The notes under the pieces: model-generated
Seen by the model: the letters and a program-made list of their open reading frames with translations, nothing else
The model's database searches: none
Told to the model about the DNA's origin: nothing
Program-made: the position numbers and the translations under genes
Part shown: positions 50,895 to 62,936 of the stretch, one piece after another
Numbering within the stretch: the first letter of the stretch is position 1
How the letters are laid out: every line of letters begins with the position of its first letter
Origin: Blastocatellia bacterium
Lineage (GTDB): Bacteria; Acidobacteriota; Blastocatellia; UBA7656
Length of the DNA: 64,000 bases
NCBI GenBank assembly: GCA_963765495.1
Contig: CAVXWP010000009.1
Span: 96,001-160,000 of the forward strand
Direction of reading: 5' to 3'

Positions 50895-51335
50895 ATGAGT
50901 ATGCTTGAAAGAAAAGTAAAAAGAGCAAATGAGTCATCGAATATCGAGTTTTTTCATCAAGGTTATCTGATCCCTGAAAGCGAAATCCGCAAATTTATCG
51001 AACGGCTGCAAATTAATGAGATCAACACGGTGGCCTCACGATTGCAGGCCGTAGCCGATCTGACCAGCCGGTCTACCGACGGAAGGCTCGCCACATCCTG
51101 CGTGCAACGCATAAAGCGTACGGCAAGAGAGAGCAAGAACAAACAATATCAGAAGCTTATGCAGGCGATAATTTCTGCTGTTGAACAGGGTCCGGCCGGT
51201 ATACACGCGGCCAATCAGACGGCGAACCGCGCCGTCGAGATAGCCTTCAACTGGACCTATGAATACATGGTCGCTTTCGGCCAGTATAAAAAGAGCCTGA
51301 GGCAGATGAAAGATAGGGTCATTGACATCATGTAA
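50895..51335 (+). CDS. Hypothetical alpha-helical protein (146 aa)
   Basis: ATG with a GGAG RBS at 50884; protein-like composition; no recognisable motif. Confidence 0.7.
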   Translation: MSMLERKVKRANESSNIEFFHQGYLIPESEIRKFIERLQINEINTVASRLQAVADLTSRSTDGRLATSCVQRIKRTARESKNKQYQKLMQAIISAVEQGPAGIHAANQTANRAVEIAFNWTYEYMVAFGQYKKSLRQMKDRVIDIM

Positions 51336-51395
51336 GACCTGAGAAGACCGCGTCGAACTTGCTTTTTTAAACCAGAGCACAGTCCTCCCTGTTGC

Positions 51396-51424
51396 TTGCG
51401 CCTGTCGCAGTCGGATTGTACAAT
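51396..51424 (+). promoter_or_regulatory. Sigma70-type promoter of the acylase gene
   Basis: TTGCGC-N17-TACAAT, with TG immediately before the -10 hexamer. Confidence 0.55.
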
Positions 51425-51502
51425 GCGGCAGGCCGCAGGGGAACAGGGTTCAACACTGTTTTCAAACACAAATCTCGACCGTAACCGTCAGGAGGAATAG
51501 CC

Positions 51503-53875
51503 ATGTCTCGAAGCGCGCGATTGATCCAAACCGATTCCGGGCGAAAGCCCCGCAGGGCCAGTTCCCTTCTCCGCCAACAGGCTGTCAATTCACTCATATC
51601 CTCGCCTGCCCTTCGTATGTTAGTTCTGGCGGCGATAGCCCTTGTGCTTACGACATCGAGCCTGCCCGTACTGGCAGCCCAAAGCACAAAAGGCGGGGCG
51701 GAAAAGATAGATGCGGAAAAGATAGCTCATGAAAAGATAGCTCATTCTGTCACGATTTATCGCGACTCTTACGGCGTGCCGCACGTCTATGGCCCGACCG
51801 ATGCCAGTTGCGTTTTCGGATATATCTACGCACAGGCCGAAGACAATTTCTGGCAGATCGAAGACAGCTATTTACGCTCTATCGGTCGCGCCTCGGAGGT
51901 TTACGGAGAGAAGGAACTCAATGGAGATTTGCTCAATCGCGCGCTTGAGATCACCCGCCTCGCTAAAGCAGAATACGAGCATTCAAACAAAAAATCGCGC
52001 GAGCTTGCCGATGCCCTGGCTGACGGACTCAACTATTTTCTTGCGACAAACCCGCAGGTCAAGCCCCGGCTCATAACTCACTTCGAGCCGTGGTATGTCT
52101 TCGCATTCAACCGATTTGCGCTCTACCAGCTCTTCATATACGGCAAATCGGGTCTGAAGACCGACGAGATTCGCACCGCCGTTCAGGAGGTTAATTCGGA
52201 GGCTCCGGCCTCAAGCCAGTCAGCGTCTGCTCTGAATTACACCGAGACTACTGAGACCACGCCTGAAATGGAATCCCCCATAGGCTCAAACATGTGGGCC
52301 ATCACACCCGCCAAGAGCGCAAACGGGCACGCGATGCTTTTCATCAATCCGCATCAGCCGTTCTTTGGACCCGGCCAGTGGTACGAGGGGCACGTACACA
52401 GCGACGAAGGCTGGAACATGTCGGGCGCGTCGTTTTTCGGATCAGGATTCCCAACCATTGGCCACAACGATTATCTGGGCTGGAGCCACACCGTAAACGA
52501 TCCTGACATCGCCGACGTTTATGCCGAGAAATTCGATGACGAAAAAGACCCGCTCGCCTACCGATACGGCGACGGTCACCGCAAGGCTACCGAGTGGACA
52601 GAGACGATCAAGGTCAAATCCGACAAGGTCAAATCCGACAAGGGCGAAACTGATCGCACATTCAAATTCCGCAAGACGCATCACGGCCCCATCACCGCCG
52701 TGCGAGACGGCAAGCCCCTGGCCGTAAAGTTTGCGCGGCTCGAAGATGGCGGGATGATCGAAGAGTGGTATCTGATGGGCAAGGCGCGCTCGATGGCCGA
52801 ATTCAAAGCGGCGATGGCAAAGACAGCCATCCCTATGTTCAACGCCGTCATGGCAGACCGCGACGGAAACATATTTTATATATACAACGGGGCGGTGCCG
52901 CGCAGGTCCACGAAATTCGACTGGAAAAAACCTGTGGACGGCAGCGACCCGGCTACCGAGTGGCAGGGCTATCATTCGCTCGATGAACTTCCACAACTGA
53001 CAAACCCCAAAACGGGATTCGTTCAAAACTGCAATCAGACCCCGTTTACTACTACGAGCGAAGGCAGCCCCGTAAAGGAAAACTATCCCGAGTACATGAC
53101 CAGAGAAAGCGACAATGCAAGGGCGCGAATATCGCGGCGGATACTTTCGCGGTCTGAAAAATTCTCCTATGAAGATTGGACCCGGGCAGGCTTTGACACT
53201 GCGGTCATCGAAGCCGAAACATACATCCCGGCGCTCGTAGCAGAGTGGGAAAAGCTAAATCAAGCCGATGAGGCGCGAGCCGAAAAGCTCAAACCGGCAA
53301 TAGAAGAACTCAAGAAATGGGATCACGTGAGCACCATCGAATCAAAGGCGATGACCGTCTTTATGCTCTGGTTTGAAAAATTGTTCAGGATGGGCGGCGA
53401 CAAAGAAGAGTGGCTGAAGATTCGCGCCCTCGAAGCGGCGATAAGCGATCTCAACCGCGACTTCGGCACGTGGGCCGTGGCCTGGGGCGAAATCAACAGG
53501 TTGCAGCGCGTCGATTCGGGCGGAGAAACGCCCTTCAGCGATGAACGCGAAAGCCTCCCCATAGCCGGAGCGCCGGGACCTGTCGGCATAGTCTTCAACT
53601 TTTATACAAGACCCGAAAAAGGGCAGAAACGCCGCTACGGTGTGGCCGGGCACTCATTCATCAGCGTGGTCGAATTCGGCCCGAAGGTCCAGGCCCGTTC
53701 CGTATTGCAGTTCGGCGAGAGCGCAGACCCCGGTTCGCCGCACTATTTCGATCAGGCGCGGCTCTACGCAAAGCGCCAGTTCAAACCGGCGTGGTTTACC
53801 TTGCCCGAGATCAAGGCTCACTCGGAGAAGGTTTATCACCCCGGTCAGAAACCTGTAAAACGCAAAGCCGCCTGA
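51503..53875 (+). CDS. Penicillin acylase family (S45, Ntn hydrolase) protein
   Basis: '[13 protein letters not shown]', 'YAQAEDNF', beta-subunit start 'GSNMWAI', 'FINPHQP', '[12 protein letters not shown]'; AGGAGG RBS. Confidence 0.95.
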   Translation: MSRSARLIQTDSGRKPRRASSLLRQQAVNSLISSPALRMLVLAAIALVLTTSSLPVLAAQSTKGGAEKIDAEKIAHEKIAHSVTIYRDSYGVPHVYGPTDASCVFGYIYAQAEDNFWQIEDSYLRSIGRASEVYGEKELNGDLLNRALEITRLAKAEYEHSNKKSRELADALADGLNYFLATNPQVKPRLITHFEPWYVFAFNRFALYQLFIYGKSGLKTDEIRTAVQEVNSEAPASSQSASALNYTETTETTPEMESPIGSNMWAITPAKSANGHAMLFINPHQPFFGPGQWYEGHVHSDEGWNMSGASFFGSGFPTIGHNDYLGWSHTVNDPDIADVYAEKFDDEKDPLAYRYGDGHRKATEWTETIKVKSDKVKSDKGETDRTFKFRKTHHGPITAVRDGKPLAVKFARLEDGGMIEEWYLMGKARSMAEFKAAMAKTAIPMFNAVMADRDGNIFYIYNGAVPRRSTKFDWKKPVDGSDPATEWQGYHSLDELPQLTNPKTGFVQNCNQTPFTTTSEGSPVKENYPEYMTRESDNARARISRRILSRSEKFSYEDWTRAGFDTAVIEAETYIPALVAEWEKLNQADEARAEKLKPAIEELKKWDHVSTIESKAMTVFMLWFEKLFRMGGDKEEWLKIRALEAAISDLNRDFGTWAVAWGEINRLQRVDSGGETPFSDERESLPIAGAPGPVGIVFNFYTRPEKGQKRRYGVAGHSFISVVEFGPKVQARSVLQFGESADPGSPHYFDQARLYAKRQFKPAWFTLPEIKAHSEKVYHPGQKPVKRKAA

Positions 53876-53993
53876 TACGTGATGCGTGAATCGTGATGCG
53901 TGAATCGTGATGCGTGACTTTCAGGCAGCCCGCAGGTTTAGGATAACTTGCATATCTCACGGATCACGGATCACGCATCAGCGAGCGCATCAG
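53872..53993. repeat. Heptamer-armed inverted repeat (CGTGATG/CGTGAAT family)
   Basis: Six CGTGA-based units from the stop codon onward; right arm TCACGGA-TCACGGA-TCACGCA; core GACTTTCAG shared in inverted form with the 39284 copy. Confidence 0.88.
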
Positions 53994-54001
53994 TTGCATT
54001 A

Positions 54002-54718
54002 TTATCGCAATGTGCGAAGCGAGTCGGAAAGATGCGGAGTCGCGTTCAGACTGAACAGTCTCAGTTCGCCGTTGTAGGGTTTGAATATAGTGATATTGGT
54101 GTTGTAAAGCACCCCGAGCACGCTCAACATTTTCTCTTCCGAAAGCGCGAGCGCCGCGCCCGTAACTATTGTGATGGGTGTGGCTGATGTGAATACAGCG
54201 ATTGCTTCATCCTGAGTTCCGGTCAATAAATCTGCGGCGCAATTCTCGATGCGGGCGCGGAAAGCGGCCCAGGATTCTCCCGCGTAATCGGGATAGCGGT
54301 TCTCCATCCACGCGCACATAATGGCGCGGTCGCATCGGCCCGTAGCTCCGCGCGTCGTATGCGGGTCGAGGGCGAGCGCCGATTTCATCTCTTCGAAATC
54401 CCGGGCAAACTCCTCGTCGTCTTCTCTCATCCTGAGCACGATGCCGCGATACACATCGGCCAGGCTGAATTCGTTCCAGCGCTCGTCTGTAATTATATCG
54501 GGCACGTCGGCGCTTGATTCTCCGAGCGCGCGGCTCACGATTTCAGCCGTGTGTTGCTGCCGCCTCATCCCGCCTGTATAGATTGTAGAGAGGCGCACAC
54601 CCTGCCCGGCAAGATACTCGCCAAGCAATCGAGCCTGCTCGTGACCGAGGTCGGAGAGAACATCGTAATTGTCGCGCGGTCCCGCCTGCGCGTGGCGGAT
54701 GAGGTATATAGTAGTCAT
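54002..54718 (-). CDS. Histidine phosphatase (phosphoglycerate mutase-like) family protein
   Basis: 'IYLIRHAQA', 'LSDLGHEQA', 'RQQHTA', 'ESWAAFRARI'. Confidence 0.9.
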   Translation of the reverse strand: MTTIYLIRHAQAGPRDNYDVLSDLGHEQARLLGEYLAGQGVRLSTIYTGGMRRQQHTAEIVSRALGESSADVPDIITDERWNEFSLADVYRGIVLRMREDDEEFARDFEEMKSALALDPHTTRGATGRCDRAIMCAWMENRYPDYAGESWAAFRARIENCAADLLTGTQDEAIAVFTSATPITIVTGAALALSEEKMLSVLGVLYNTNITIFKPYNGELRLFSLNATPHLSDSLRTLR

Positions 54719-54740
54719 TTAGAATCCCAGGTCTTGAATA

Positions 54741-55859
54741 TCAATTTTCAGAGCGTCGGGCCAGTTCGAGCGCGGCGCGACCGAGCCCCTCAACCCTGCG
54801 GCCGAAGTCGCGGAATCTCTCATCATGCGTCTGCCCTCTGACAAAGCGAAAATAGATCTGCTGAAGCACGACGGCCACCTTGAAGAGCGCGAAGGTCTCA
54901 TAAAAATTTATTCCCGATAGATCGCGCCCGGTCTGAAAGGCGTATCGCTCGATTATCTCGGCGCGCTTCATCCAGCCCGGCTCTGTTGTGACCGGGCTGA
55001 TTGATTCGCGGCGCGCCTCGGGGTCTTCTCTTTCGGCCCAGTAACATAGAAATATTCCAAGATCGATCAGAGGGTCGCCCACCGTGCACATCTCCCAATC
55101 GAGCACGGCGACTACGCGAGCGGGGCGCTCGGGGTCGAGCATCACGTTATCAAGTTTGAAATCGTTATGTACGAGCGTGGCGGGGCGGCCGGCTTTCGGG
55201 TCAGGTTCAGGCGGAATTCTTTCCGATAACCATAAGGCGACATCATCAAGCTCGGGCAACTCGCTTGTCTTCGAGCGATGCCAGCGGTCGCTCCATCCGC
55301 GTACCTGCCGCGTTACAAACCCTACGGGCTTGCCTATCTGCTCCAGCCCCGAGTCGCAGATGTCAACCGCGTGAAGCGCGGCCAGCGTGTCTACCATCGC
55401 CTCGCTAACACTGCGGCGAAGCTTTAGATCATCGCCAATCTGTTCGGGAATCTCTCGGCGGATGACGAGGCCGCGCCTCCGTTCCATCAAATAAAAAGGC
55501 GCGCCTATGACGGAAACATCTTCGCACAAAAGGTAGGGCCGGGGCGCGAGCGGGAAGAAAGGATGGATAGCGGCCAGCAATCGCTCTTCGCGCGGCATAT
55601 CGTGAGCCGTGGGGGCGACCGGGCCGAAAGGAGGTCGCCGCAATACGAATTCGTGCCCGCCCAGCCGGATCATATAAGTCAGATTTGAATGGCCTCCCGG
55701 AAACTGCTCTATCTCTATCTCGGTCGAATCCAGCGACTCGCCCGGCATCAAAACGGGCAGGCGCTCGCGCAGATAATTTTCGAGCGCGTGAGGGTCGAGT
55801 TCTTCTCCGGGTCTGATTGGCGCTGTGTCTTTAGTAGCTGCCGCTTCGCTCAATATCAT
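54741..55859 (-). CDS. APH-like phosphotransferase (ACAD10/11 kinase-like family)
   Basis: '[10 protein letters not shown]', 'VLRRPP', 'AHDMPRE', 'VHNDFKLDN', 'LDWEM..GDP'. Confidence 0.93.
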   Translation of the reverse strand: MILSEAAATKDTAPIRPGEELDPHALENYLRERLPVLMPGESLDSTEIEIEQFPGGHSNLTYMIRLGGHEFVLRRPPFGPVAPTAHDMPREERLLAAIHPFFPLAPRPYLLCEDVSVIGAPFYLMERRRGLVIRREIPEQIGDDLKLRRSVSEAMVDTLAALHAVDICDSGLEQIGKPVGFVTRQVRGWSDRWHRSKTSELPELDDVALWLSERIPPEPDPKAGRPATLVHNDFKLDNVMLDPERPARVVAVLDWEMCTVGDPLIDLGIFLCYWAEREDPEARRESISPVTTEPGWMKRAEIIERYAFQTGRDLSGINFYETFALFKVAVVLQQIYFRFVRGQTHDERFRDFGRRVEGLGRAALELARRSEN

Positions 55860-55918
55860 CTCCCAATCTATCTTCTCCGCATTTGCGCTTGAGCGATGAT
55901 ATTCGCTGACGGGGCTGA

Positions 55919-56067
55919 ATTCAAGGCAGTAGGCAGTAGGCAGTTAATCGCGACGGAGGCGCGTACCAACTATTCCTATGCATACCCCGGCTGGCTTTCT
56001 TTAGCAGTGACCATCGGTTCAGTGTTTACTGCCTACTGCCTACTGCCTACTGCTTACTGCCTTGAAT
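55919..56067. mobile_element. Miniature inverted-repeat element, GCAGTAG-arm family, copy 3
   Basis: ATTCAAGGCAGTAGGCAGTAGGCAGT ... (CTACTGC)n-CTTGAAT; core GACGGAGGCGCGTACCAACTATTC shared with copies 1 and 2. Confidence 0.85.
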
Positions 56068-56214
56068 GACGGCTATTATTGTCATAAGATTCACTTGCAA
56101 GAACAGACATCCGTCCGTATTAGAACTGATTCAGTTGAAGGTTATGCTTAGAGATTACAACCGACGACGCGAACCGATCATCACATTGTTGTAAAGAATC
56201 ATAGCGAGGATTTA

Positions 56215-57060
56215 ATGGCAAGCACACTGCTCATAGCCGAAGATGACTCGATGAGTCGCAAGATGTTTACAGAAGTCCTCAAGGCTGACGGGTATCGCGT
56301 TATTGATGTAGGCGATGGTTCGGCGGCGCTTGATGTGCTAAAAAGCGAAACCATAGACGTTTTGCTGACCGATGTGATGATGCCTGAAATGGACGGCATG
56401 GAGCTTCTTGAGCGCGCCCGGACGGTGCAACCCGAACTCAGGGCCGTCGTGATGACCGCCAACAATACCTCCGAGACCATCATAAGCGCGCTCCGCAATC
56501 ACGCCTGCGATCTGCTATTAAAACCCTTCACGGTCGAACAGTTGCTCAACGTAGTTGAGTCGGCGCTCGACCGGCCAAGCGAATGCAGAATCCACGTGAT
56601 CTCCGGCAAGCCTGACTGGATCGAACTTCAGGTCCCGTGCGATCTGCGAGCCGTCGAACCTATTCAGAAATTCCTGATCGAATTGCAGGGCGACCTGCCG
56701 CAAGAGACACGCGAGGCCATCGGCTCGGTATTCCGTGAAATGCTCAACAATGCCATCGAGCACGGCGGTAAATGTGATCCGTCCCAACTGGTAGAGGTCA
56801 AATATATTCGCCTCAAGCGCGCAATAATGTATTCGATCCGCGACCCGGGCGAAGGCTTCGATCTGGCCCAGGTCGAGCACGCCGCCGTGGCCAACCCCGA
56901 AGACAAGCCTTTTCGCCACATGGAGATCAGAAAGAAAAAGGGGCTAAGACCGGGTGGTTTCGGCATCCTGCTCGCCTCGCAGGTCATAGACGAGTTGATC
57001 TACAACGAAAAACACAACGAATTGATCTTCGTCAAATACATCGATGAAGACCAGAAGTAG
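56215..57060 (+). CDS. Response regulator receiver fused to an RsbW-like anti-sigma/ATPase domain
   Basis: 'LLIAEDD', 'LTDVMMPEMDG'; N-box 'EMLNNAIEHG', 'IRDPGEGFD', 'RPGGFGI'. Confidence 0.9.
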   Translation: MASTLLIAEDDSMSRKMFTEVLKADGYRVIDVGDGSAALDVLKSETIDVLLTDVMMPEMDGMELLERARTVQPELRAVVMTANNTSETIISALRNHACDLLLKPFTVEQLLNVVESALDRPSECRIHVISGKPDWIELQVPCDLRAVEPIQKFLIELQGDLPQETREAIGSVFREMLNNAIEHGGKCDPSQLVEVKYIRLKRAIMYSIRDPGEGFDLAQVEHAAVANPEDKPFRHMEIRKKKGLRPGGFGILLASQVIDELIYNEKHNELIFVKYIDEDQK

Positions 57061-57102
57061 ACAGGATTTGAAGTATTACTCTGTCAATCCTTCTTTACCC
57101 TG

Positions 57103-57444
57103 TTAATTCTGTTCTTCGGGGACCGGGTCGGAGGTTTCGGGCGGGATGTCCGGGCTACATGCTCGCAGGCGACTCCAGGTCAGGCGCAACCCTTCACGGA
57201 TGCCGTATCTTCTTACAGCCTCTTCGGAGTAGACCGAACAGGTCGGCCTTAAATTACAGACCACGCGCCCGCGCAAAAGAGGTCTTCCCACCTTTTGATA
57301 CAGATGCACCGTCGCGATATAAAGACCGGCCGTCACTTGATCTGCCGGGTCGCGAAAAGAATCCCCGACTCCAAGCAGCAGTATCGCAAGAAAGGCCGCA
57401 AGCCACAGGCGAGGTCTTTTTAAGGCTTGCCGCAGCCGGGGCAT
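57103..57444 (-). CDS. yidD: Membrane protein insertion efficiency factor YidD-like
   Basis: 'LYQK...CNLRPTCSVYSEEAVRRYG..GL..RLRAC...DPVP'. Confidence 0.8.
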   Translation of the reverse strand: MPRLRQALKRPRLWLAAFLAILLLGVGDSFRDPADQVTAGLYIATVHLYQKVGRPLLRGRVVCNLRPTCSVYSEEAVRRYGIREGLRLTWSRLRACSPDIPPETSDPVPEEQN

Positions 57445-57674
57445 TCGCGGCTCGATTGAAGGCGCTTGTTGTTGCAGTGAGCGCATCTGACGAGCTTTCC
57501 TTGAGGTCTCGAAAACAGGTAAGCAATAAATCCGAATACCCCTGTGAACATCACAAGGACCATCCAGAAGACATTATTAGCCATGTCGCGCGCGCGCGCG
57601 TCCCGCGCCACCCAGGCCAGCAGGACAACGTTAAGCGTGAGTCCAGCTACCCAGATGAAGATTGAGGGTTTCAA
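57420..57674 (-). CDS. Small 2-TM protein (PLDc_N-like) with a C-terminal zinc ribbon
   Basis: 'WVARDARAR', 'FWMVLV..G.FGFIAYLFSRP', 'CAHC...CPGCG'; TTG start after a GAAGGGG RBS. Confidence 0.7.
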   Translation of the reverse strand: MKPSIFIWVAGLTLNVVLLAWVARDARARDMANNVFWMVLVMFTGVFGFIAYLFSRPQGKLVRCAHCNNKRLQSSRECPGCGKP

Positions 57675-57796
57675 CAGGTCTTCCCCTTCTTCACACCTCA
57701 GCGGCGGCTGGTTTCGGACTAAACAAGCCTGCCCGGCAGCATAACTGCTCGGTCGGGCAGGCTTAGATTGAAGAAACGCGCGGCATCTGCCTTCGA

Positions 57797-58312
57797 TCAG
57801 GAGTTCTTTTCGGCGATGTTTCCAATCACTGGCATCTTCCACATCTGATTCTGATAGGCTTTCACCATACCCATGATATAGAGCACAAGCAAGCCTATCC
57901 CAACTACCGACCAGAGCAAAAGAATGATAAGACCGCCTCCGCAGGCTATTCCACCTGAGTTGGTCGCGGACGAGGCGACACTCAGAAAGCCCTGCAATAC
58001 CCATAAAATTATTGTGACTACCACTGTTACACCGAACAACAGCAGGCTCTGAATCGAGTGAAACCGCAAAAAGCGATTTTCCTTCGGCTCAGTCGCAAGC
58101 CAGAGGATCGGGGCGATCACTTGTATACAACAGACCGGCAAATAACAAAGCAGACCGGCGACTTTATAGTCGAGTTGCATCATCTGAGTCTTGCCCGACG
58201 GCGGTCCGGGCGGCGGATAACCTCCCCCGGGCGGCGGCGGGGGATAGCCTCCTCCGGGCGGCGGCGGATAGCCTCCCCCGGGCGGGTTTCCATACGGCGG
58301 CTGGTTGCTCAT
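57797..58312 (-). CDS. DUF4870/Tic20-like membrane protein with a Pro-Gly-Tyr-rich N-terminus
   Basis: (GGGYPPPP)x3, 'AGLLCYL', 'FLRFHSIQS', 'KAYQNQMWKMPVIG'; AGGAGG RBS. Confidence 0.88.
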   Translation of the reverse strand: MSNQPPYGNPPGGGYPPPPGGGYPPPPPGGGYPPPGPPSGKTQMMQLDYKVAGLLCYLPVCCIQVIAPILWLATEPKENRFLRFHSIQSLLLFGVTVVVTIILWVLQGFLSVASSATNSGGIACGGGLIILLLWSVVGIGLLVLYIMGMVKAYQNQMWKMPVIGNIAEKNS

Positions 58313-58445
58313 CTATTTTCCTCCTACTGTAGTCTTAAAAGTAAAAACCTGTAGCTACTCTTGTCGGGTCATACTACTTTTGCCTTGCGCGTCTGTCAAC
58401 AGTTGCGCAGATTTAGGTTGAAATTGGTGGCCGGAAGTATAAAGA

Positions 58446-58506
58446 CTTTGACAGGATCATCAAGATTTTCAAGGATCGAACAAGAATCTTGTTAATCCTG
58501 TCAAAA
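58446..58506. repeat. 9-mer (ACAGGATTN / AATCCTGT) inverted-repeat element
   Basis: TTTGACAGGATCATCAAGATT ... AATCTTGTTAATCCTGTCAAA. Confidence 0.75.
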
Positions 58507-58520
58507 GAATCCGGGTCGTC

Positions 58521-58886
58521 TCACTTCTTTTGCGGTTCGCGCACTATGACCGAGTCCTTTTCCACCTCGATCAACTGTCCGGCTGCCTTCTCTACATAAT
58601 AGACCGCGCCCAGCCTGACAGAGTGCCCCTCGCCTCTTATCACGCCGATAAATTTGTCATTCCTCTTATCGAAGGCCAGCTTGCCTGCGGCCTCGCTCTG
58701 CTTCTCACCCTTTCCAAAGAGCGAGTCGAAGGGTGTGCCGCCGTATTGAAAATATGTATAGAAGCTCACGAGCAACAACCCGAGAACCACGACTGCGACC
58801 GAACCGATCAGGAATGTCTTGATCCGATACCAGGAAAAAAAACGCTCCTCTTCATACCCGTTACCATTGTCCGATTGATTAAACAT
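58521..58886 (-). CDS. Hypothetical single-TM membrane protein
   Basis: One TM segment and a small beta-rich C-terminal domain; GGAG RBS; follows mgtE. Confidence 0.75.
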   Translation of the reverse strand: MFNQSDNGNGYEEERFFSWYRIKTFLIGSVAVVVLGLLLVSFYTYFQYGGTPFDSLFGKGEKQSEAAGKLAFDKRNDKFIGVIRGEGHSVRLGAVYYVEKAAGQLIEVEKDSVIVREPQKK

Positions 58887-58898
58887 CTCCGGTAAAAC

Positions 58899-60263
58899 TC
58901 AAAGTCTGTAGTATCTGAGCAACAGGGTGGCAATGCCCAGATAAAAGAAAAACGTAGCGATGTCGGTGAATGTTACGACGAATACGGAAGAGGCCAGCGC
59001 CGGGTCTACGCGCATTCGCTTTAACAAGACCGGAATCAAAGTGCCGAGCGTGCCTGCCACAAACAGGCTCAGCAGCATGGTCAGGGCAAGCACACCGCCA
59101 AGCCCCGGGCTGAACCAGATAGAGATGACCGTGCCTACGACTATCGAAATGATCAGACCATTGATCAACCCGACAACTCCCTCTTTGAAGATAACGCGGC
59201 GGCTCTGACCCCAGCCGACTTCGCCAAGCCCGATTCCGCGCACGACCACGGCCATGGTCTGCGTGGCTGCGTTACTGCCCATAGTTGCGACCACCGGGAT
59301 CAACACGGCCAGTTCGGCCCAGGTCTTGATCGTAGTCAGATAGTAGCGAACGATGGCGACCGCGATCAACGCCGCGCCAAGCGACAGCAGTAACCACGGC
59401 AGTCTCGTACGCACGGAAACCCAGGGCGAGCCGTGAGCGCGGTCGGCGGCGTCAACTCCGGCCAGCGCGTAGATGTCTTCGGTCGCCTCTTCGCGCATAA
59501 CGTCAATGATGTCGTCGACGGTGATGATGCCGGCCATCTTGTTCTCTTCATCCACGACGGGAACGGCCAGCAGGTTATAAGTGGCCACGATTCGCGCCAC
59601 CTCTTCCTGATCCGTGTCGGTCGTCACCTTGATGACATCGCTGATCATTATCTTTCTCAGGGGCGTCGAAGGCGGGTTCAAGAGCAACTGCCTGAGACTC
59701 ACTACGCCGAGCAGATGATTTCGCGAGTCTACGACATAGAGGTAGAAAGCCATCTCGAACTCTTCCGAGCGCCGCTGCAAGGCAGTGATGGCCTCAGAGA
59801 CCGTCACGTCTTCGTCGAGGGCGAAGTATTCGGGCGTCATTATTCGCCCGGCTGTCTCATCGGCAAACCCGAGCAGTTCCTGAACGCCCGTCGAGTGCTC
59901 GACCTTCATCGTTTCAAACAATTCGTCGCGCAACTCTTCGGGGAGTTCTCCGACAAGCAGCGCGGCATCGTCAGAGGGAAGTTCCTGCAACAGACGCGAC
60001 GTATCTTCACGAGGCAGGATAGTCAGCAGATTGACGGCTCGCTGCGTCTCCATTTCAGATAGAGCTTCGGCAGCCCGGCTGAGATCGTGACGAACGAGCG
60101 AATCGAAAAGCGCTTCCCGGTCGTGCTCTGGAAGCTGTTCGAGTATCTGAGCGATGTCTACGGGGCGGAGCTTTGTGAGCAGATTCAGGGCGTGCGACAT
60201 CGCGCCGCGCCGAACCAGGCGGCCTACGGAATCGAGCATTATGTTGAGTCGCTGCGCCTGCAT
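58899..60263 (-). CDS. mgtE: Magnesium transporter MgtE
   Basis: MgtE N domain, 'TAGRIMT', CBS pair, 'GIITVDD', 'RLPWL', 'DPALASSVFVVTFTD'. Confidence 0.97.
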   Translation of the reverse strand: MQAQRLNIMLDSVGRLVRRGAMSHALNLLTKLRPVDIAQILEQLPEHDREALFDSLVRHDLSRAAEALSEMETQRAVNLLTILPREDTSRLLQELPSDDAALLVGELPEELRDELFETMKVEHSTGVQELLGFADETAGRIMTPEYFALDEDVTVSEAITALQRRSEEFEMAFYLYVVDSRNHLLGVVSLRQLLLNPPSTPLRKIMISDVIKVTTDTDQEEVARIVATYNLLAVPVVDEENKMAGIITVDDIIDVMREEATEDIYALAGVDAADRAHGSPWVSVRTRLPWLLLSLGAALIAVAIVRYYLTTIKTWAELAVLIPVVATMGSNAATQTMAVVVRGIGLGEVGWGQSRRVIFKEGVVGLINGLIISIVVGTVISIWFSPGLGGVLALTMLLSLFVAGTLGTLIPVLLKRMRVDPALASSVFVVTFTDIATFFFYLGIATLLLRYYRL

Positions 60264-60271
60264 CAACTTTC

Positions 60272-60357
60272 CGATTTTGGATTTTGGATTTTAGATTTTG
60301 GATTAAAGGAATAAGGCGGAAACAACGCCTGGAATCCAAAATCCAAAATCCAAAATT
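60272..60357. repeat. Heptamer-armed inverted repeat (GATTTTG / CAAAATC family)
   Basis: GATTTTG x4 ... (AATCCAA)x3, between tpx and mgtE. Confidence 0.9.
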
Positions 60358-60358
60358 G

Positions 60359-60892
60359 TTAGGCTTCGGCGGCTTCACGCGCAGCCTTGAGCGCGGCCTC
60401 ATAGTCAGGCTCGTGAGTTATATCGCTGACGTATTCGGCGTGCTTGACCTTGCCGTCTTTGCCTACGACGAAGACGGCGCGAGTGGTGAGCCCCGCAAGC
60501 GGGCCGTCTTTTATCTGCACGCCGTAGTTTTTGCCAAAGGCGTGATTGCGGAAATCAGAGATCGTCTTTACGCGATCAACCCCGGCAGCGCCGCACCATC
60601 GCTTCTGCGCAAAAGGCAGATCGCCGCTGATGGTCCAGACTTCTATACCCTCGCCCAGCCCCGAAGCCTCTTCGTTAAACCTGCGCGTCTCCGTATCACA
60701 CACCGCCGTATCAAGCGACGGCACCGCGCTCAGAATCACTACTTTTCCTCTGGCGGCGGCGAGGCTGACAGGTTGAAGACCATTGTCTATGGCTGTGAAG
60801 TCGGGCGCGTCATCACCCGGTTTGATCTCCGCGCCTTCGAGCGTTACGGGGTTCCCTTTAAGAGTTACTGCATTGCTTCTTTCTTGAGTCAT
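60359..60892 (-). CDS. tpx: Thiol peroxidase (atypical 2-Cys peroxiredoxin)
   Basis: 'VTLKGNP', 'VPSLDTAVCDTETRRFN', 'DLPFAQKRWCGA', 'EPDYEAAL'. Confidence 0.97.
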   Translation of the reverse strand: MTQERSNAVTLKGNPVTLEGAEIKPGDDAPDFTAIDNGLQPVSLAAARGKVVILSAVPSLDTAVCDTETRRFNEEASGLGEGIEVWTISGDLPFAQKRWCGAAGVDRVKTISDFRNHAFGKNYGVQIKDGPLAGLTTRAVFVVGKDGKVKHAEYVSDITHEPDYEAALKAAREAAEA

Positions 60893-61130
60893 TACATCTC
60901 CTTGTAAAGTTTGTTTGATTGCTGTATGCAAGCGTCCGGCCCGGTTCGGGCAAAAGAGCATTGTAGCGGCTCAATCTGAAATATCCAATCTTTTTGCCGA
61001 TAGAGTAAGGGTTCGGCAGCAGTTGCCACAGGGCCATTCAGGTCTCAGATTGGCCTGCCGGGGTTGAAGGAACCCACTGATTGCTTTATGAGAATTCTAG
61101 CTTTCCCTGAGAATTTAATGATCCTGACCA

Positions 61131-61188
61131 GCCGCAGAGTCACAGGGAAAAGATCAAAAATATCTCTGTGCATTTGTGACTCTGCGGC
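61131..61188. repeat. CGCAGAG/CTCTGCG-type inverted-repeat element
   Basis: GCCGCAGAGTCACA ... TGTGACTCTGCGGC, perfect 14-bp arms downstream of pgi. Confidence 0.75.
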
Positions 61189-61216
61189 AAAGTTTCTGTC
61201 TTTCCGAACAGATACT

Positions 61217-62866
<1,650 letters not shown>

Positions 62867-62936
62867 CTAAAGAACAGGCCCGCCGGTTTCGTCCGGTAAA
62901 GAAGTACCGCGACAACTTCCGGCGGTCGAATCTCTC

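Noticed and set aside
51701-52643. 15-bp tandem duplications in the acylase ([15 protein letters not shown]; KVKSD x2)
   Set aside because: They are in-frame local slippage duplications in likely flexible regions, with no sign of a system.
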